Part shown: positions 9,168 through 18,049 of the stretch, one piece after another
Numbering within the stretch: the first letter of the stretch is position 1
How the letters are laid out: every line of letters begins with the position of its first letter
Program-made: the position numbers and the translations under genes
DNA from: Aridibacter famidurans
Lineage (GTDB): Bacteria; Acidobacteriota; Blastocatellia; Pyrinomonadales; Pyrinomonadaceae
Direction of reading: 5' to 3'
NCBI GenBank assembly: GCA_024103495.1
Contig: JAGFIQ010000171.1
Span: forward strand, 1,439-65,438
DNA length: 64,000 bases
Notes under the pieces: model-generated
Told to the model about the DNA's origin: nothing
Seen by the model: only the letters and a program-made list of their open reading frames with translations
Database searches by the model: none

Positions 9168-12008
9168 AAGATAGAACATCTCTTCCGAAGGTCTGAGCGG
9201 TCTTGCGAGCCACAGAGGCCGCCGCAATCCGTCAGGGCCGGGAGCCGGGCGCGTCATTGTCAGCCATTCGCGGTAGATCTCCATCGACTTCTCCGTATCG
9301 ACGAACACATCGCCGTACCGGTCCCCCTTGGGAGCCTTTTCGACCCTCACGCGCTGATGCCAGCAGTGCATTCCGCTGATCGGGTCCGGGTGGACGGGAA
9401 ACGTTATGTTCTGGTGGACTCCTCCGTCTGACCAGAAGATCCGTTCCGTGTCCGGATCGTCCGACTTCGATCGCGAAACGCTCTCTTCGACCCGCATCTT
9501 CCATCCGCCTTTGCCGTCCGTTTCGATCTTCACGAGGCTTGACGCCCATCGGTTGTTGGCGCCGTCCTGGGGCCTTCTCCAGCGGCCAAGATGGTGCGAA
9601 CACGCCACGACGCCCGGTTTCATTCCTTCTGTGACCCAGGCCTTGTTGACGAAGTAGCCTATGTCGGTCGATACGCGGACCAGGTCGTTGGTCTTCACGC
9701 CCCACTTCTTCGCGTCTTCCGGGTGCATCCACAAAGGATTCCTGTTCGCGATCTCGGCGAGCCATTTCGCGTTACCGGAGCGCGAGTGGATCAGCGTCGG
9801 CAGCCGGAAGGTCGGGACAAGCACGATCTCGTCGTCCTCAAGATTCTCGCGGTGGATGTGGCTCTTGATATAGGTCGGAGTCTTGTACTCCGGCCAGCCC
9901 CAGTCTTTCAGAGTCTTCGAGAAGAACTCCTGTCTTCTTGAAGGCGTTCCGAATCCCTGGTGCGCGACGCCGTCGATCGAGATACCGATCGCCTTGCCGT
10001 CCTTTCGTATCTCGCCTGTATCGGGATCGGTCTCCGAGCCTTCAAGCACATCGCGAGACAGTTCGTTCAAGTGAACGCCGTACGTCGATTGCTCGACCTC
10101 GAACGCGCCGTACTTGCGCATATATTCGAGCGGGCCGAGCCCTTCTTCCGCGGCCTTTTCCGGGAGGCCCTTCGTGTTCTCGAAGATGTACCGATAGTAC
10201 TCGTCGATCGTGATCTTCTCGCCCTGCCTGTAAGGCGAGATGAAGTGCTCACGCACTCCGAGCGAGCCGTCCGGGTCGATCCTCCAAGAAAGCTCGATCC
10301 AGAACTCGTCCTCTTCCCAGACCTCTCCGGGGTTCGCCTCGTACGTGAACTCGACCTCGGTTCCCATCTTCCGCATCGCCTCGCGGAGCACGGGCTGTCG
10401 GAACCCGATCCACATCCCGGAATGCGTTTCGTAGCTGATCAGGTCGTGGCGCTCGCTCGAATGCCCCATCGGGAGGACGTAATCCGCGAAATACGCGGTC
10501 TCGTTCCAGGTAGGCGTCAGGGCGATGGTCATTCCGACCATCGATTCGTCCGAAAGCGCCTCCATCCATACGAAGCCGTCCGGATAGGTCCACACGGGGT
10601 TGAACACACGCGTGAAATAGACCGAGAGCTTTCCGCGGCCTTCCTTCAGGAAATGCGGCAGGAGGAAGCTCATCTCGTAGTGAGCGAGCGGGTATTCGTC
10701 GGGAAAATGGAGCGTGTTCCAGAACTTCTGGGCGGGAGGTGTCGAGAATCCCTTGGGCTTGAACTTGTTCCAGGCCGAGGGCATCGTGCCGCCGACGGTC
10801 CCTACGCTGCCGGTGAGCACGTTCAGGAAATGCAGGCATCTAGAGACGGCCCAGCCGCCCAGGTTTCCGCTTCCGGCGCTTCGCCAGTTGTGGGTCGAGA
10901 ACCTTGAGCCCGCCTCGCCTATTCTCCGCGCGACATCGACGATCATCTCCGGGTCCGCGCCGCTCTCGGCTTGCGCGAACTCGGGCGTGTATTCGGCGTA
11001 GAGCTTTTTCATCTCGTCGATGAAGTTCTCGAACGTGACCTCGGCGGAAGGGTTCAGCTCTTTAAGGCTTTCCCGCCAATTGACCCAGTTGTAGATGAAG
11101 TCGCGGTTGTACAAGCTCTCGTCCAGGATGATCTTCGCCATTGCGAGCAGGACCGCCGCCTCGCTTCCCGGATAGGTCGGCATCCAGTAGTCCGCCATCG
11201 ACGCGGTGTTCGATAGCCGCGGGTCCATCACGCACATCTTTGCGCCGTTCATAAGGCCCTCGATTATGCGCTGGGCGTGCGGATTGAAATAGTGCCCGGA
11301 TTCGAGATGCGCCGAGATCAGGAGTATGAACCGCGCGTTGGCGTGATCGGGCGAGGGACGGTCGGCTCCGTGCCAGATCGCGTATCCGAACCGCGCTCCA
11401 GCCGAACATATGTTCGTGTGGCTGTTGTGCCCGTCGACTCCCCACGACTGGAGAATGCGGTCCATAAATCCCTCGTGCCCGGGGCGCCCGACGTGGTAGA
11501 CGACCTCGTTGCGGCGGTCGTCCTTGAGCGTCTCGCGGATCCGCGAAGCGATGTCGTCAAGAACCTCGTTCCAGGAGACGCGCTTCCACTTGCCGGAGCC
11601 GCGCTCGCCGTCGCGTTTTAGAGGGTAGAGAATTCGGTCGACATCGTTGATCTGGTTGATGGTCGCCGGGCCTTTCGCGCAGTTCCGGCCGCGGCTTCCG
11701 GGATGGTACGGATTGCCCTCGAACTTGCGAACCTGCATCGTTTCCTTGTCGATGTAGGAAAGCAGTCCGCATCCGGCTTCGCAGTTGAAGCAGGATGTCG
11801 GGACGATCTGATAATTCTTCTTTTCCCTGCGAAGTCCGCTCTTCGCCTCGTACTCGGTCCAATTGTCCCATTTGTCGGGCGGAGGATAGTTCGTGAGATC
11901 TCCCGGCTCGGTAAGGCGCGGGAGCGCTTCGGGCGACTGCGGATGCAGGTTCTCGATGATGCCGAGCTTCTCGGCGACGGATTCGATGAATGAAGGCTTG
12001 TGGGTCAT
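9153..12008 (-). CDS. molybdopterin (bis-MGD) oxidoreductase catalytic subunit, Psr/Phs/Ttr-like, without a Tat signal
   Basis: 951 aa with an N-terminal FS0 motif CFNCEAGCGLLSY...C(AKG). There is no RR motif, and an in-frame TGA sits 4 codons upstream of the ATG, which excludes a longer N-terminus. Confidence 0.85.
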   Translation of the reverse strand: MTHKPSFIESVAEKLGIIENLHPQSPEALPRLTEPGDLTNYPPPDKWDNWTEYEAKSGLRREKKNYQIVPTSCFNCEAGCGLLSYIDKETMQVRKFEGNPYHPGSRGRNCAKGPATINQINDVDRILYPLKRDGERGSGKWKRVSWNEVLDDIASRIRETLKDDRRNEVVYHVGRPGHEGFMDRILQSWGVDGHNSHTNICSAGARFGYAIWHGADRPSPDHANARFILLISAHLESGHYFNPHAQRIIEGLMNGAKMCVMDPRLSNTASMADYWMPTYPGSEAAVLLAMAKIILDESLYNRDFIYNWVNWRESLKELNPSAEVTFENFIDEMKKLYAEYTPEFAQAESGADPEMIVDVARRIGEAGSRFSTHNWRSAGSGNLGGWAVSRCLHFLNVLTGSVGTVGGTMPSAWNKFKPKGFSTPPAQKFWNTLHFPDEYPLAHYEMSFLLPHFLKEGRGKLSVYFTRVFNPVWTYPDGFVWMEALSDESMVGMTIALTPTWNETAYFADYVLPMGHSSERHDLISYETHSGMWIGFRQPVLREAMRKMGTEVEFTYEANPGEVWEEDEFWIELSWRIDPDGSLGVREHFISPYRQGEKITIDEYYRYIFENTKGLPEKAAEEGLGPLEYMRKYGAFEVEQSTYGVHLNELSRDVLEGSETDPDTGEIRKDGKAIGISIDGVAHQGFGTPSRRQEFFSKTLKDWGWPEYKTPTYIKSHIHRENLEDDEIVLVPTFRLPTLIHSRSGNAKWLAEIANRNPLWMHPEDAKKWGVKTNDLVRVSTDIGYFVNKAWVTEGMKPGVVACSHHLGRWRRPQDGANNRWASSLVKIETDGKGGWKMRVEESVSRSKSDDPDTERIFWSDGGVHQNITFPVHPDPISGMHCWHQRVRVEKAPKGDRYGDVFVDTEKSMEIYREWLTMTRPAPGPDGLRRPLWLARPLRPSEEMFYLGRES

Positions 12009-12028
12009 GTCTTGGACTCAGCCACGAA

Positions 12029-12095
12029 TTTCACGAAAGAAAGAAGTCCACGGATTACACGGATTTCACGAATGAAAGAAGGCCACGGATTACAC
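12029..12095. repeat. ~35-bp tandem duplication in the 5' leader of the molybdoenzyme gene
   Basis: tttcacgaaagaaagaagtccacggattacac / tttcacgaatgaaagaaggccacggattacac. Confidence 0.75.
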
Positions 12096-12240
12096 AAAAA
12101 CAACTCCGCGACTTGGCGCCTCCGCGGTTGATTTGTGCCCCTCGCTACCGCTCGGGGTACTGATCTCATTGGTCAATGGTCAATGATCTGCCCGTCGCGG
12201 CGTTCCGAGTTACGCCCTCCCTGACGGTCGGGCTACTGAC

Positions 12241-12278
12241 ACCGCTCACTGCTCACCGCTCACTCCATTCACGATTCA
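12241..12278. repeat. heptamer array (minus-strand GTGAGCG then GTGAATC types) immediately after the FeS-NrfD stop codon
   Basis: accgctcactgctcaccgctcactccattcacgattcac; the TAG is at 12279-12281 (minus). Confidence 0.8.
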
Positions 12279-13838
12279 CTAACTCAACGCGATCTCCTGC
12301 GGCGCGCGGACCCAGATCCGCTGGGCGAAATACAGCCCGATCAGGATCAGGATACCCGCGAGGCCGACCACCGAATACTCCGACGAAACGTACAGCATCG
12401 CCGCCGGGATCACGTTTCCAACAACCACCATCCCAAGCCAGAATTGAGTCGCGTACTTCCCGCTGACGATCATCTTCACGGTCTTGTGGGCGTCCTCCGT
12501 TCCGTGCGGCGTGACCAGCTCGATCGCCAACGTGGCGAGATGCAGCACGATCGCCGCGACTGCCACGAAGGTCAGGACCGCCGTGATGCCTATATTCATT
12601 ACCAGGAAGAAGTTCGCGACCAGGAACACCGCCAGCCCGGCCATGATTGAGTGCAGGATCATGTGAACCCCCAGCATGGGGCTCTGCCAAAGGTCCCGGC
12701 CCTTCGCCTGGGCGAACAAAAATGCCGTGTAAACCGCTGAAAGGAAAGCGAATACAAGCCCCACAGCCTCTATCGCAGGCAGCCAGCTGTAGTACTGAAA
12801 GTATGAAGCCGCCAGCCAGGCAGTAAGAGCCGCGCCGTAGATCGTGATGATGTACGCGCCGCGTGTAAGCCACGATTTCCACTGAGGCCGGAGCAAAACG
12901 TATAGGAACCGGTCCGGACGGCCCAGATCCTTGATCAAAAGCAGTCCCGTGACCGCGAGAAATATGAAAGCCACGACCGCGCCGATCTGTTTGAACAGCT
13001 CCGGGATCTGGTAGAAGAGATAGCTGCCTACGACCGGCACGATGAATGCCCCTGCGGCGATCGCCTTCGTCAGCACATAGGCCGAAACTTCCCAGCCCCA
13101 TAGCATCCCCTTAGAAGGCGCGTCGTAAACCCTTTTCGGCTTCTTCCTTCCTTCGATCTGGACGAGCCCGTTCCCGTTCGCGGCCTTGTTCGACTGTCGC
13201 ATCTCGGCATATTTTGCGTACTTGCCGACGCCTGAGGACTGGCTCGACCACATATAGTCCGTGTCGGGATGAGCCTCTGAAGGATCGAGCGAAGCGTTGT
13301 CGCCGTCGATATAGAACAGCTTCGGCTTTGTGCCTTTCTCGGCCTTCCTGACCGAAACAGTCTCTCGGGCCAGAAGCTTCGAGATCTCCGTTTCCGGATT
13401 GTCCATATCGCCGGAGATGATCGCGTGTTCGGGACAAACGACGACGCAGGCGGGCTCGAGGCCGATGTCGGTCCTGTGCGTGCAGTAGTTGCACTTCGCG
13501 GCGGTCTTGGTTTCCGGATGGATGTAAAGCGCGTCGTACGGGCAGGCCTGCGTGCAGGCCTTGCAGCTGATGCACCTTCGGTCGTCAAAATCGACGATGC
13601 CGTCCCTTCGGGTGTGGAGCGCCTCGGTCGGGCATATGTCCACGCAGGGAGCGTCCGCGCAGTGGTTGCAGCGCATCACGCTGAACAAACGCCGCGTGTC
13701 GGGGAACTCGCCTTTTTCTATGTATTTGACCCAGGTCCGGTTAACGCCTACGGGGACGTCGTGCTCCGATTTGCAGGCGACGGTGCAGGCGTGGCAACCG
13801 ATGCATTTACGGTTGTCGATTATGAAGCCGAAGTTCAT
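12279..13838 (-). CDS. fusion of a four-cluster 4Fe-4S ferredoxin subunit (PsrB/DmsB-like) and an NrfD/PsrC-like 8-TM quinone-interacting membrane subunit
   Basis: The N-terminal ~190 aa carry four Cys groups (CIGCHACTVAC, CNHCADAPC, CISCKACTQAC, CNYC...C). The C-terminal ~280 aa have about 8 hydrophobic helices. A basic linker (RKKPKR) precedes TM1. Confidence 0.8.
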   Translation of the reverse strand: MNFGFIIDNRKCIGCHACTVACKSEHDVPVGVNRTWVKYIEKGEFPDTRRLFSVMRCNHCADAPCVDICPTEALHTRRDGIVDFDDRRCISCKACTQACPYDALYIHPETKTAAKCNYCTHRTDIGLEPACVVVCPEHAIISGDMDNPETEISKLLARETVSVRKAEKGTKPKLFYIDGDNASLDPSEAHPDTDYMWSSQSSGVGKYAKYAEMRQSNKAANGNGLVQIEGRKKPKRVYDAPSKGMLWGWEVSAYVLTKAIAAGAFIVPVVGSYLFYQIPELFKQIGAVVAFIFLAVTGLLLIKDLGRPDRFLYVLLRPQWKSWLTRGAYIITIYGAALTAWLAASYFQYYSWLPAIEAVGLVFAFLSAVYTAFLFAQAKGRDLWQSPMLGVHMILHSIMAGLAVFLVANFFLVMNIGITAVLTFVAVAAIVLHLATLAIELVTPHGTEDAHKTVKMIVSGKYATQFWLGMVVVGNVIPAAMLYVSSEYSVVGLAGILILIGLYFAQRIWVRAPQEIALS

Positions 13839-13845
13839 TTAGTGG

Positions 13846-13913
13846 GTGAATAGTAAATTGTGAATCGTGAATAGTAAATTGAGAATGGAGAATTGTGAAT
13901 GGAGAATTGGTGG
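13846..13913. repeat. heptamer array (GTGAATN/GAGAATG-type)
   Basis: gtgaatagtaaattgtgaatcgtgaatagtaaattgagaatggagaattgtgaatggagaattgg. Confidence 0.8.
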
Positions 13914-14003
13914 TTGAAGATTTCGAATGAGCGTAGTTTTTTGGTCAGGTGAGTCTAACTTGTCTATCTACAGGCGGCCACTCCAGTGCCCAATCACCAA
14001 TTT

Positions 14004-14050
14004 CAATCGTCCATTCCCAATTTTCCATTCTCAATTCCCCATTCACGATT
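14004..14050. repeat. heptamer array, inverted orientation relative to 13846-13913, containing the pdxJ stop codon
   Basis: caatcgtccattcccaattttccattctcaattccccattcacgatt; the minus-strand TGA is at 14043-14045. Confidence 0.8.
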
Positions 14051-14792
14051 TGCGAATCTTCCCGATCATCTCCTCCACCGCCTTGTACAGTCCCGTGAAG
14101 ACGGCCCGCGAGATGATGTTGTGGCCGATATTGAACTCGGTGATCTCGGGGATCGCCGCCAGTGAGCCGACGTTCCGGTAGGTCAACCCGTGACCCGCCG
14201 CGACCTTCATCCCGAGGCTCGTGCCGTGGACGGCAGCCTGGCGGATCCGCTCGACCTCGCGTGCTGCCCTAACCGATCCTTCGCCGTGGGCGGCTTTCGC
14301 TCCGAGCGTCATTTCGGCGTATTCGCCCGTGCATAGTTCGACCTGCTGGATCCCGATCGACTGTGCGGCGTCGATTTGGGAAGTTATCGGATCTACGAAC
14401 GCACTGACGAACACGCCCGAGTCGCGTAGCTTTTCCACTGCCGGCTTCAGCGTTTCGAGATTTCCTGAGACGTCGAGGCCGCCCTCGGTCGTGATCTCGT
14501 TCGGATTTTCAGGAACCAGAGAGATCGCGTCGGGCTTTGTCCGCACGCCGATCCCGATCATCTCTTCGGTCGCGGCCATCTCGACGTTGAGATATGTTGT
14601 GACGACCTCGCGCAGGAGTTCAATATCGCGGTCCTGTATATGCCTCCGGTCGCCGCGTATGTGGACCGTGATGCCGTCCGCGCCGGCCTGTTCGCAGATC
14701 ACGGCGGCGGTGATGATGCTCGGCTCGATCGTCTTCCGCGCTTCACGGATAGTGGCGACGTGGTCGATGTTGACGTTTAGCTTCGCTGTCAT
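14043..14792 (-). CDS. pdxJ: pyridoxine 5'-phosphate synthase
   Basis: The N-terminus LNVNIDHVATIREAR and overall length (249 aa) are typical of PdxJ. Confidence 0.92.
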   Translation of the reverse strand: MTAKLNVNIDHVATIREARKTIEPSIITAAVICEQAGADGITVHIRGDRRHIQDRDIELLREVVTTYLNVEMAATEEMIGIGVRTKPDAISLVPENPNEITTEGGLDVSGNLETLKPAVEKLRDSGVFVSAFVDPITSQIDAAQSIGIQQVELCTGEYAEMTLGAKAAHGEGSVRAAREVERIRQAAVHGTSLGMKVAAGHGLTYRNVGSLAAIPEITEFNIGHNIISRAVFTGLYKAVEEMIGKIRKS

Positions 14793-14796
14793 CTTT

Positions 14797-14860
14797 CAGT
14801 GAGCAGTGAGCGGTAAGCAGTGAGCGGTAAGCAGTGAGCAGTAAGCAGTGAACTGAGAGC
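14797..14860. repeat. heptamer array (GTGAGCR/GTAAGCA, ~9 units)
   Basis: cagtgag cagtgag cggtaag cagtgag cggtaag cagtgag cagtaag cagtgaa. It lies 5 nt upstream of the pdxJ start. Confidence 0.85.
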
Positions 14861-14956
14861 CGAAGGTTGGCCTACAGTCACAATGAGGTAGTTTCGTACC
14901 TACCAAAGGCTTTTGAATTGCCCTCACGATTTTGCGCAATTCTCCTTGTTCTATTC

Positions 14957-15295
14957 TCACCTGCCCGATGATATTGCACTGATTCTGTCTAATTCTCTCG
15001 CAAGGCCCAATATGATCATGCCAATAAATACGATCAGGAGGAGACTTTGAAAGAATCTGGTGTCGATCTCCGACTGCACGTTGAACGTTGTCGCTTTCAT
15101 TACGTCTTCAATCGACTGAATGTGCTTCTTGTCAATTCCATCATTCTCCATCTGATTTAAGATATCTACAGTTTCCCGATTCATATCCTGCGTAAATCGA
15201 TCACCTTTGCCGATAAATTCCGTTACGAGAATCACAACTAATATGAGCAAAAAGCCCAATGTGGCCAAAGTGCGTGGATGTTTTGCGATTATCAT
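14957..15295 (-). CDS. small hypothetical membrane protein (two predicted TM helices) in an AT-rich islet
   Basis: 112-aa ORF with hydrophobic N- and C-terminal helices. The local base composition is clearly lower in GC than the neighbours. I recognise no family. Confidence 0.45.
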   Translation of the reverse strand: MIIAKHPRTLATLGFLLILVVILVTEFIGKGDRFTQDMNRETVDILNQMENDGIDKKHIQSIEDVMKATTFNVQSEIDTRFFQSLLLIVFIGMIILGLARELDRISAISSGR

Positions 15296-15382
15296 TCCAG
15301 AAGTTCTCTATTGTTGCAGATCGTGATGTGGGCAAGCCGGCCGCTAAACAGTTGCAATGCGATCTCTCTTAGCTGAACCTTC

Positions 15383-15412
15383 CGCTCACCGCTCACCGCT
15401 CACCGCTCACCG
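15383..15412. repeat. heptamer array (GCTCACC x4, reverse complement of GGTGAGC) containing the GT2 stop codon
   Basis: cgctcaccgctcaccgctcaccgctcaccg; the minus-strand TGA is at 15393-15395. Confidence 0.85.
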
Positions 15413-16142
15413 AATACCCTCCGGCGCGGCCACGCCTTCGTATCTCCCCGACCTCGCGGAACATCCTCACGCTGTCGCGGAAGATGCTCACCTTCGTTCC
15501 CTCGCAGTGGTCCCAGCGGACCGGGATCTCTTTCAATCTCAGGTCGTTATGGTACGCCGCGTAGAGGAACTCGACGTCGAATCCGAACCGGTCGATCGAC
15601 ATCTTCTCGAGCAGGGGCCGGAACCTGTCCATACGGAACGCCTTGAACCCGCACTGCGTGTCCCAGAAGGGAAGCCCGGTCAGTGTTCGCACCAGCAGAT
15701 TGAAGACCTTTCCACCTTGTTCCCGGCGCCAAGGCTGGTGTACGCCGATCAATGACCTGTCCAGGGCCCTTGATCCGAACGTTACGTCGTATTTGTCCTC
15801 GAAGATCGGATCAACGAGTTTGGGCGTTTCCGAGATCGGCGTCGAAAGGTCCGCGTCGCTGAACAGCGCGACCGCGCCCTTCGCTGCCTCGAAACCGGTC
15901 TTGACGGCGAAACCCTTTCCGCGGTTCTGTTCGTAACGTATCACACGCGCGTCGATCTGAGGCCGCCCTTCAAAGACCGCTCGGGCGACATCTGCGGTCC
16001 TGTCCGACGAACCGTCGTCGACGACGATCAACTCCGCCTCGGGATACGATCCGGACAGGTAATCCACGATCTTCTCCAGCGAGGCCCCAAGCCGGTCCTG
16101 TTCGTTGTAGGCCGGTATGACAATGCTGAGGGTGCGTTCCAT
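15393..16142 (-). CDS. family 2 glycosyltransferase (dolichyl-phosphate glucosyltransferase-like)
   Basis: LSIVIPAYNEQDRL and VVDDGSSDRT motifs plus the DADL acidic motif. The stop codon lies inside a heptamer array. Confidence 0.85.
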   Translation of the reverse strand: MERTLSIVIPAYNEQDRLGASLEKIVDYLSGSYPEAELIVVDDGSSDRTADVARAVFEGRPQIDARVIRYEQNRGKGFAVKTGFEAAKGAVALFSDADLSTPISETPKLVDPIFEDKYDVTFGSRALDRSLIGVHQPWRREQGGKVFNLLVRTLTGLPFWDTQCGFKAFRMDRFRPLLEKMSIDRFGFDVEFLYAAYHNDLRLKEIPVRWDHCEGTKVSIFRDSVRMFREVGEIRRRGRAGGYSVSGER

Positions 16143-16227
16143 TGAAACTAGGTATGTTAAGTGCTCATGATTTTTTTGTAAATCGCACGCGACGAAAGAC
16201 TTCGGAACGCAGGAATAGGGGCCCGAT

Positions 16228-17898
16228 GTGGTATATTTTCAGAACGTATTTATGAAGCTATACAGGAAATTTTGGCTTTTGGGGATCGGCTTTGTCCTGG
16301 CCGGCGGCCTTATAGGCGGCATCTTCGGAAGGCTTCCGGGCGACGCGAAAGCAAACACTGCGCTGACAAAGGAAGATCTCGTTCGCGACTATTCCGAGGC
16401 GCTGCAGGTCGTCGACGCGAACTACATCGACGAGGTGGACCGCGAGGAGACCCTCGATTCATCGATCCAGTCGATGCTCTGGACACTGGACCCGCATTCG
16501 GCATTCTTTACAAAAGACGAACTCCGGAAACTTTACGAAGAGCAGGCCTCGGAGTTTTACGGCATCGGCGTCTCGATCCTTCAGTACCGCGACGGCGTCT
16601 ACGTGCAGTCGGTGATCCCGAACACGCCCGCCGACAAGGCCGGGCTAAGGTTCGGGGACCGATTCGTCGAGGTCGAGGGCAAGGACGCGACGGATTGGTC
16701 CAGCTACGAGGTCTCGCAGAATGTAAGGGGAAAACGCGGGACGCCCGTCAACGTCAAGGTCGAACGCGCGGGATCTTCGGATCCTGTTGAATTCAAGATC
16801 GTTCGGGACGGCGTTCCTTTTCCGTCTATCCGGAATTACTTCATGCTGAACGACCAGGTCGGCTACGTCGCGCTGTCGGGCGGGTTTCAGGAAACGACCG
16901 CCGAAGAGCTTGATCAGGCGATCGCGGACCTTCGGACCGAAGGAATGCAAAGCCTCGTTCTCGACCTTCGCGGAAATCCAGGGGGCCTGCTTCCGCAGGC
17001 GATCGAGGTGACAAGCCGGTTCATTCCCGAAGGCGAGACCGTCGTCTCGGTGAAGGGAAGAGCGGAAGGATACGACACAAGGGAACTCGACGCCGAAGGA
17101 GGCAAGCTGGAAGACTTCCCGCTTGTGGTGCTGATCAACGGAGGTTCGGCTTCCGCTTCGGAGATAGTCGCCGGCGCGGTACAGGATTACGGGCGCGGGC
17201 TTGTGATCGGAAGCGAGAGCTTCGGCAAGGGGCTCGTGCAGAAGATCTATCCGCTTCCGTACGGCACAGGGATGACGCTGACCACCGCGCGGTATTACAC
17301 CCCTTACGGACGGTCGCTACAGAGAGACTACTCCAGCGGGTCGATCTACGATTATTTCACGCACAGCAACGGCGAGGAAGTGAACGGCGACAGCCAGATC
17401 GACGCCAAGCCGAAGCCAAAAGGAACCGCGGTGAAGACCGCCGGCGACCGCGTTTTCTACGGAGGCCGCGGGATAGAACCGGACATCGAGGTAAAAAGTC
17501 TCGAATTCACGCCGACCCGCGCAAGGATCAACCAGGAAGCGTTTTTCTTCGTTCGCCAGCTGGTTGCGGGAAGAGTTCAGGGTTTTGAGCGGTTCAGAAC
17601 CGGCAAGCAGACATTCCAGAACACGGTGCCGGATGGCGGACTTCAGATCACCGATCCGCTTTACGAAGCCTTCGTCAGTTTCGCGGTTTCGGATAGTGAG
17701 AGCGGTCTTTCGAGGGCGAATTTCGCAGCCGAGCCCGAATATGCGAGGGCGAAACTGAAAGAACAGCTGGCGACTGCGCGGTACTCCTCGGAGGCGGGGC
17801 AGCAGGTCTTCACGGAGCGGGACCCGCAGGTCCTGAAAGCTATAGAGTCGATCTCCCAAGCGCGGCAGCTGGTCGAAACGATCATGGTCCGGAAGTAG
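16228..17898 (+). CDS. S41 family C-terminal processing peptidase (Ctp) with PDZ domain
   Basis: PDZ segment (GIGVSI...PADKAGLRFGD) and S41 catalytic region (LRGNPGGLL...GGSASASEI...GKG). The likely true start is MKLYRKFW at 16252. Confidence 0.88.
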   Translation: MVYFQNVFMKLYRKFWLLGIGFVLAGGLIGGIFGRLPGDAKANTALTKEDLVRDYSEALQVVDANYIDEVDREETLDSSIQSMLWTLDPHSAFFTKDELRKLYEEQASEFYGIGVSILQYRDGVYVQSVIPNTPADKAGLRFGDRFVEVEGKDATDWSSYEVSQNVRGKRGTPVNVKVERAGSSDPVEFKIVRDGVPFPSIRNYFMLNDQVGYVALSGGFQETTAEELDQAIADLRTEGMQSLVLDLRGNPGGLLPQAIEVTSRFIPEGETVVSVKGRAEGYDTRELDAEGGKLEDFPLVVLINGGSASASEIVAGAVQDYGRGLVIGSESFGKGLVQKIYPLPYGTGMTLTTARYYTPYGRSLQRDYSSGSIYDYFTHSNGEEVNGDSQIDAKPKPKGTAVKTAGDRVFYGGRGIEPDIEVKSLEFTPTRARINQEAFFFVRQLVAGRVQGFERFRTGKQTFQNTVPDGGLQITDPLYEAFVSFAVSDSESGLSRANFAAEPEYARAKLKEQLATARYSSEAGQQVFTERDPQVLKAIESISQARQLVETIMVRK

Positions 17899-18049
17899 AT
17901 ATTCGGCGGACCACTCGAAGCGATTCCACAGAAATTCATATGGCGGGACCGGCGGCCGAAAGGCGGTGCCGGCCCGCCATCCGTTCGCCGGACTTACTGA
18001 ATCCGGACCGCTCTTGTAGAATTAGCTTTTTCCTCCGCGACTGGCAGAT

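Noticed and set aside
11950-12020. A Tat signal peptide on the molybdopterin subunit, possibly hidden by a mis-called start.
   Set aside because: An in-frame TGA lies four codons upstream of the ATG at 12008, and the first 40 residues contain no RR motif or hydrophobic h-region.
13839-14042. A Moco riboswitch upstream of the molybdoenzyme operon.
   Set aside because: The leader consists of two inverted heptamer arrays around a ~90-bp core that does not show the conserved Moco-motif segments I remember. This needs a covariance-model search to be definitive.
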